Positions 62,078 through 64,000 of a stretch of DNA of 64,000 nucleotides are shown piece after piece. The DNA lies in assembly GCA_907165135.1 (NCBI GenBank), contig OU015568.1, positions 310,001 through 374,000 of the forward strand, given 5' to 3'. The translations under genes were made by a program, and so were the position numbers. Within the stretch, counting starts at the first letter, position 1; each line of letters starts with the position of its first letter. The notes below the pieces were generated by a model. The model was not told the DNA's origin. It was given only the letters and a program-made list of their open reading frames with translations, and did not search any database. Origin of the DNA: Oikopleura dioica (taxonomy: Eukaryota; Animalia; Chordata).

Positions 62078-62703
62078 ATGAAGTTGCTTTCGCTCTTTTT
62101 ATTCAACCTAGGGGTTGATGCGGTTTCGATCGAAAAGGGAGACGCTGCGGTCGAGAAAGTTATTAGCGATGAACTCGTCAAATGTGGTCGGAACAGCATG
62201 TCTATGCCACGATGTGTTCTGAATCTTCACGATGCCTTGCTTGTCGAAACTGGAAGAAAGTACAGTTGCGTTTGCTCCGACGATTCCGCTCGTACTGCTG
62301 GACACTCGACGATTCCGACCAACACGTAAGGGATAAAATAATTTTTTGAATCATTTTCAATCAAGTGGATACGGTCATGGATACAATCTTGTTGCCTCCT
62401 GTGGCATCGAAGGCAATTCCAACGTCTATAAAGACCTCTTCGAGGCTTATGTAAGTGGCTCAATTGTTTGAGAAAATAAATTCTTTCCAGTGCGACATCT
62501 GCTCAAGCGCTTGCACATATCAATCGAACCCACCAATGTGCGCTGTTGAATGTATGGGAAATGTCTCACAAAGTCTCGGCTTTTGTGAAACGAAGCAAAT
62601 AACCATGCTTGTTGGGCAGGGCGATATGGGTATCTACTCCTATGGTGGCGATATGTTCGGCTCGAGATATGCTGGAATGACATGCGCTGCTTTCTGTGTC
62701 TGA
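62078..62703 (+). CDS. Small secreted Cys-rich protein (3 exons, two internal repeats)
   Basis: Signal MKLLSLFLFNLGVDA; GT-AG introns at ~62326-62365 and ~62451-62490; ends GMTCAAFCV*. Confidence 0.7.
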
Positions 62704-62953
62704 AATTATTACATGGTCTTCGATCGAGATCGATCAATAAAATTGAGACAGTGTTTCTTAAAAAAAATTTTCTGTAAAAAATAAGGGAAAAAAGATGCGT
62801 CAGAGGGAAAAAAATTCCGGGCATGCTGCCATAAAGCGTAAATAATCAGCTCAATGCTTGTTTTTTCGCCACTCGGGGGCATAATTGTGGCGTCATCGGT
62901 TTCTCGCTTTTTATCAGCTTCCTTCAAAAACAAAGCTGGAAAAGAAATAAGTG

Positions 62954-64000
62954 ATGCCCGTCTTGTCAAATTCTAGGGCTAGTTCGTATAGAAAGGCTTT
63001 TGGGCCGACGAGGGGGCAGTTTGGGAGTACGCAGAGTATCAACAAGATTCCCAATGAAGGTGCAGAGAAGACGGACTTTTATACTTCCGATGATATTCAA
63101 GGTAAAATCTTAAAGCGCTAGAATTTGTCTCATTAGCTATTTTAGCCATGTACGCCGCAGCGCAGAATAAATTTGGATCCCCAAACGAGCGACTTGGATC
63201 ACTGAACTCTCGATTCGCGAGCTACATTGAAAAAGTCCGATTCTTGGAAGAGCAGAATAGAATTCTAGAGCTGAAAATCAAAGCTGCTCAGAAACGGAAG
63301 TCTGAAATTGAAAATCACCATGATACGGCGAGGGAGATCGATGCCTTGAGAATCGCAATTGATCAAGAAACGATGGAGAAGGTCAAGATGCAGGTTGAGA
63401 GGGATAATTTGAAGGGAGATGCTGTTGAACTTAGGAATCGGGATAAAAATGATCTAGATTGAAAACCATAATGCAGCCAGATTTGAGATATATATATACT
63501 TTTCTGGAGACAACCTCTCTGAGGATTATATAATATAATAATCAACTTCTATTTAATATTAAATTCTGACTACGAACCTTAACTTAAATTTTAGCAATGA
63601 ATGCTTAGATCAAACTTATCTTTAAAAGTCATAAAATTGAGGACGAACATACTTTACGAAATGATCTTACAGATGAGCTTCAAAAGATGAGAAAAGATGT
63701 TGATGACGCAACGATGGTTCGGGTTGATCTTGGTAAGAATATCTTATTCAAAATACTATTTAAACACCACAAATATATTTCCAGGCTAGATAATCAGTAT
63801 TTTAATGCTTCAATACAGTATCGAATACTCAAAATTAACATGAAAAGTCCCATCAATTAAGACTGGAGACTAGCCTTTGAGATAACTTAATTCTTCTAAA
63901 TATGATCATCAATTTAGAACGCAAAATCGAAACTGTTCAAGAAGAACTTGACTACACCCGCCGAGTCCGAGCTGAAGAGATAGAGGATCTCAAGGTAATT
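62954..64000 (+). CDS. Cytoplasmic intermediate filament protein, type III-like (partial)
   Basis: Head motif SSYRKAFG (cf. vimentin/desmin SSYRRxFG); coil 1A LNSRFASYIEKVRFLEEQN; coil 1B RKDVDDATMVRVDL|ERKIE. Confidence 0.92.

Noticed and set aside
1-64000. Autonomous transposase/RT, tRNA, rRNA, CRISPR
   Set aside because: None recognised by eye; small ncRNAs cannot be excluded without a covariance-model search.

Overview
Compact, intron-rich animal genomic DNA. Very short introns, frequent GA-AG and GC-AG introns, tiny intergenic gaps and many MITEs suggest a larvacean tunicate such as Oikopleura dioica; this is an inference, not proven. Genes from left to right: SPEN (-, runs off the left edge); a Gly-rich RRM protein; two small secreted/GPI proteins; a giant C-type lectin/chitin-binding/EGF protein on one ~6.7 kb exon; a Golgi glyco-enzyme cluster; a nicotinic receptor subunit lacking the loop-C vicinal cysteines; a divergent SK/KCNN channel; FPGS; an orphan pseudo-protease duplicate; a PAN + 19xTSP1 + N/Q-rich + pseudo-protease protein; a 2OG-Fe(II)-like oxygenase; a secreted ZP protein; a small Cys-rich secreted protein; and a type III-like intermediate filament (runs off the right edge). 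The glyco-enzyme cluster holds two O-fucosyltransferase-family paralogs, a degenerate CHST-like sulfotransferase, and an apparent three-enzyme fusion. That fusion (27596-32641: O-fucosyltransferase + WSCD-type sulfotransferase + Gal-3-O-sulfotransferase) and its cluster are the best novelty candidate. Second is direct evidence of intron turnover linked to TIR elements. Several genes need single-base corrections in A/T homopolymers, probably assembly errors. All family calls come from manual motif recognition; no searches were run.
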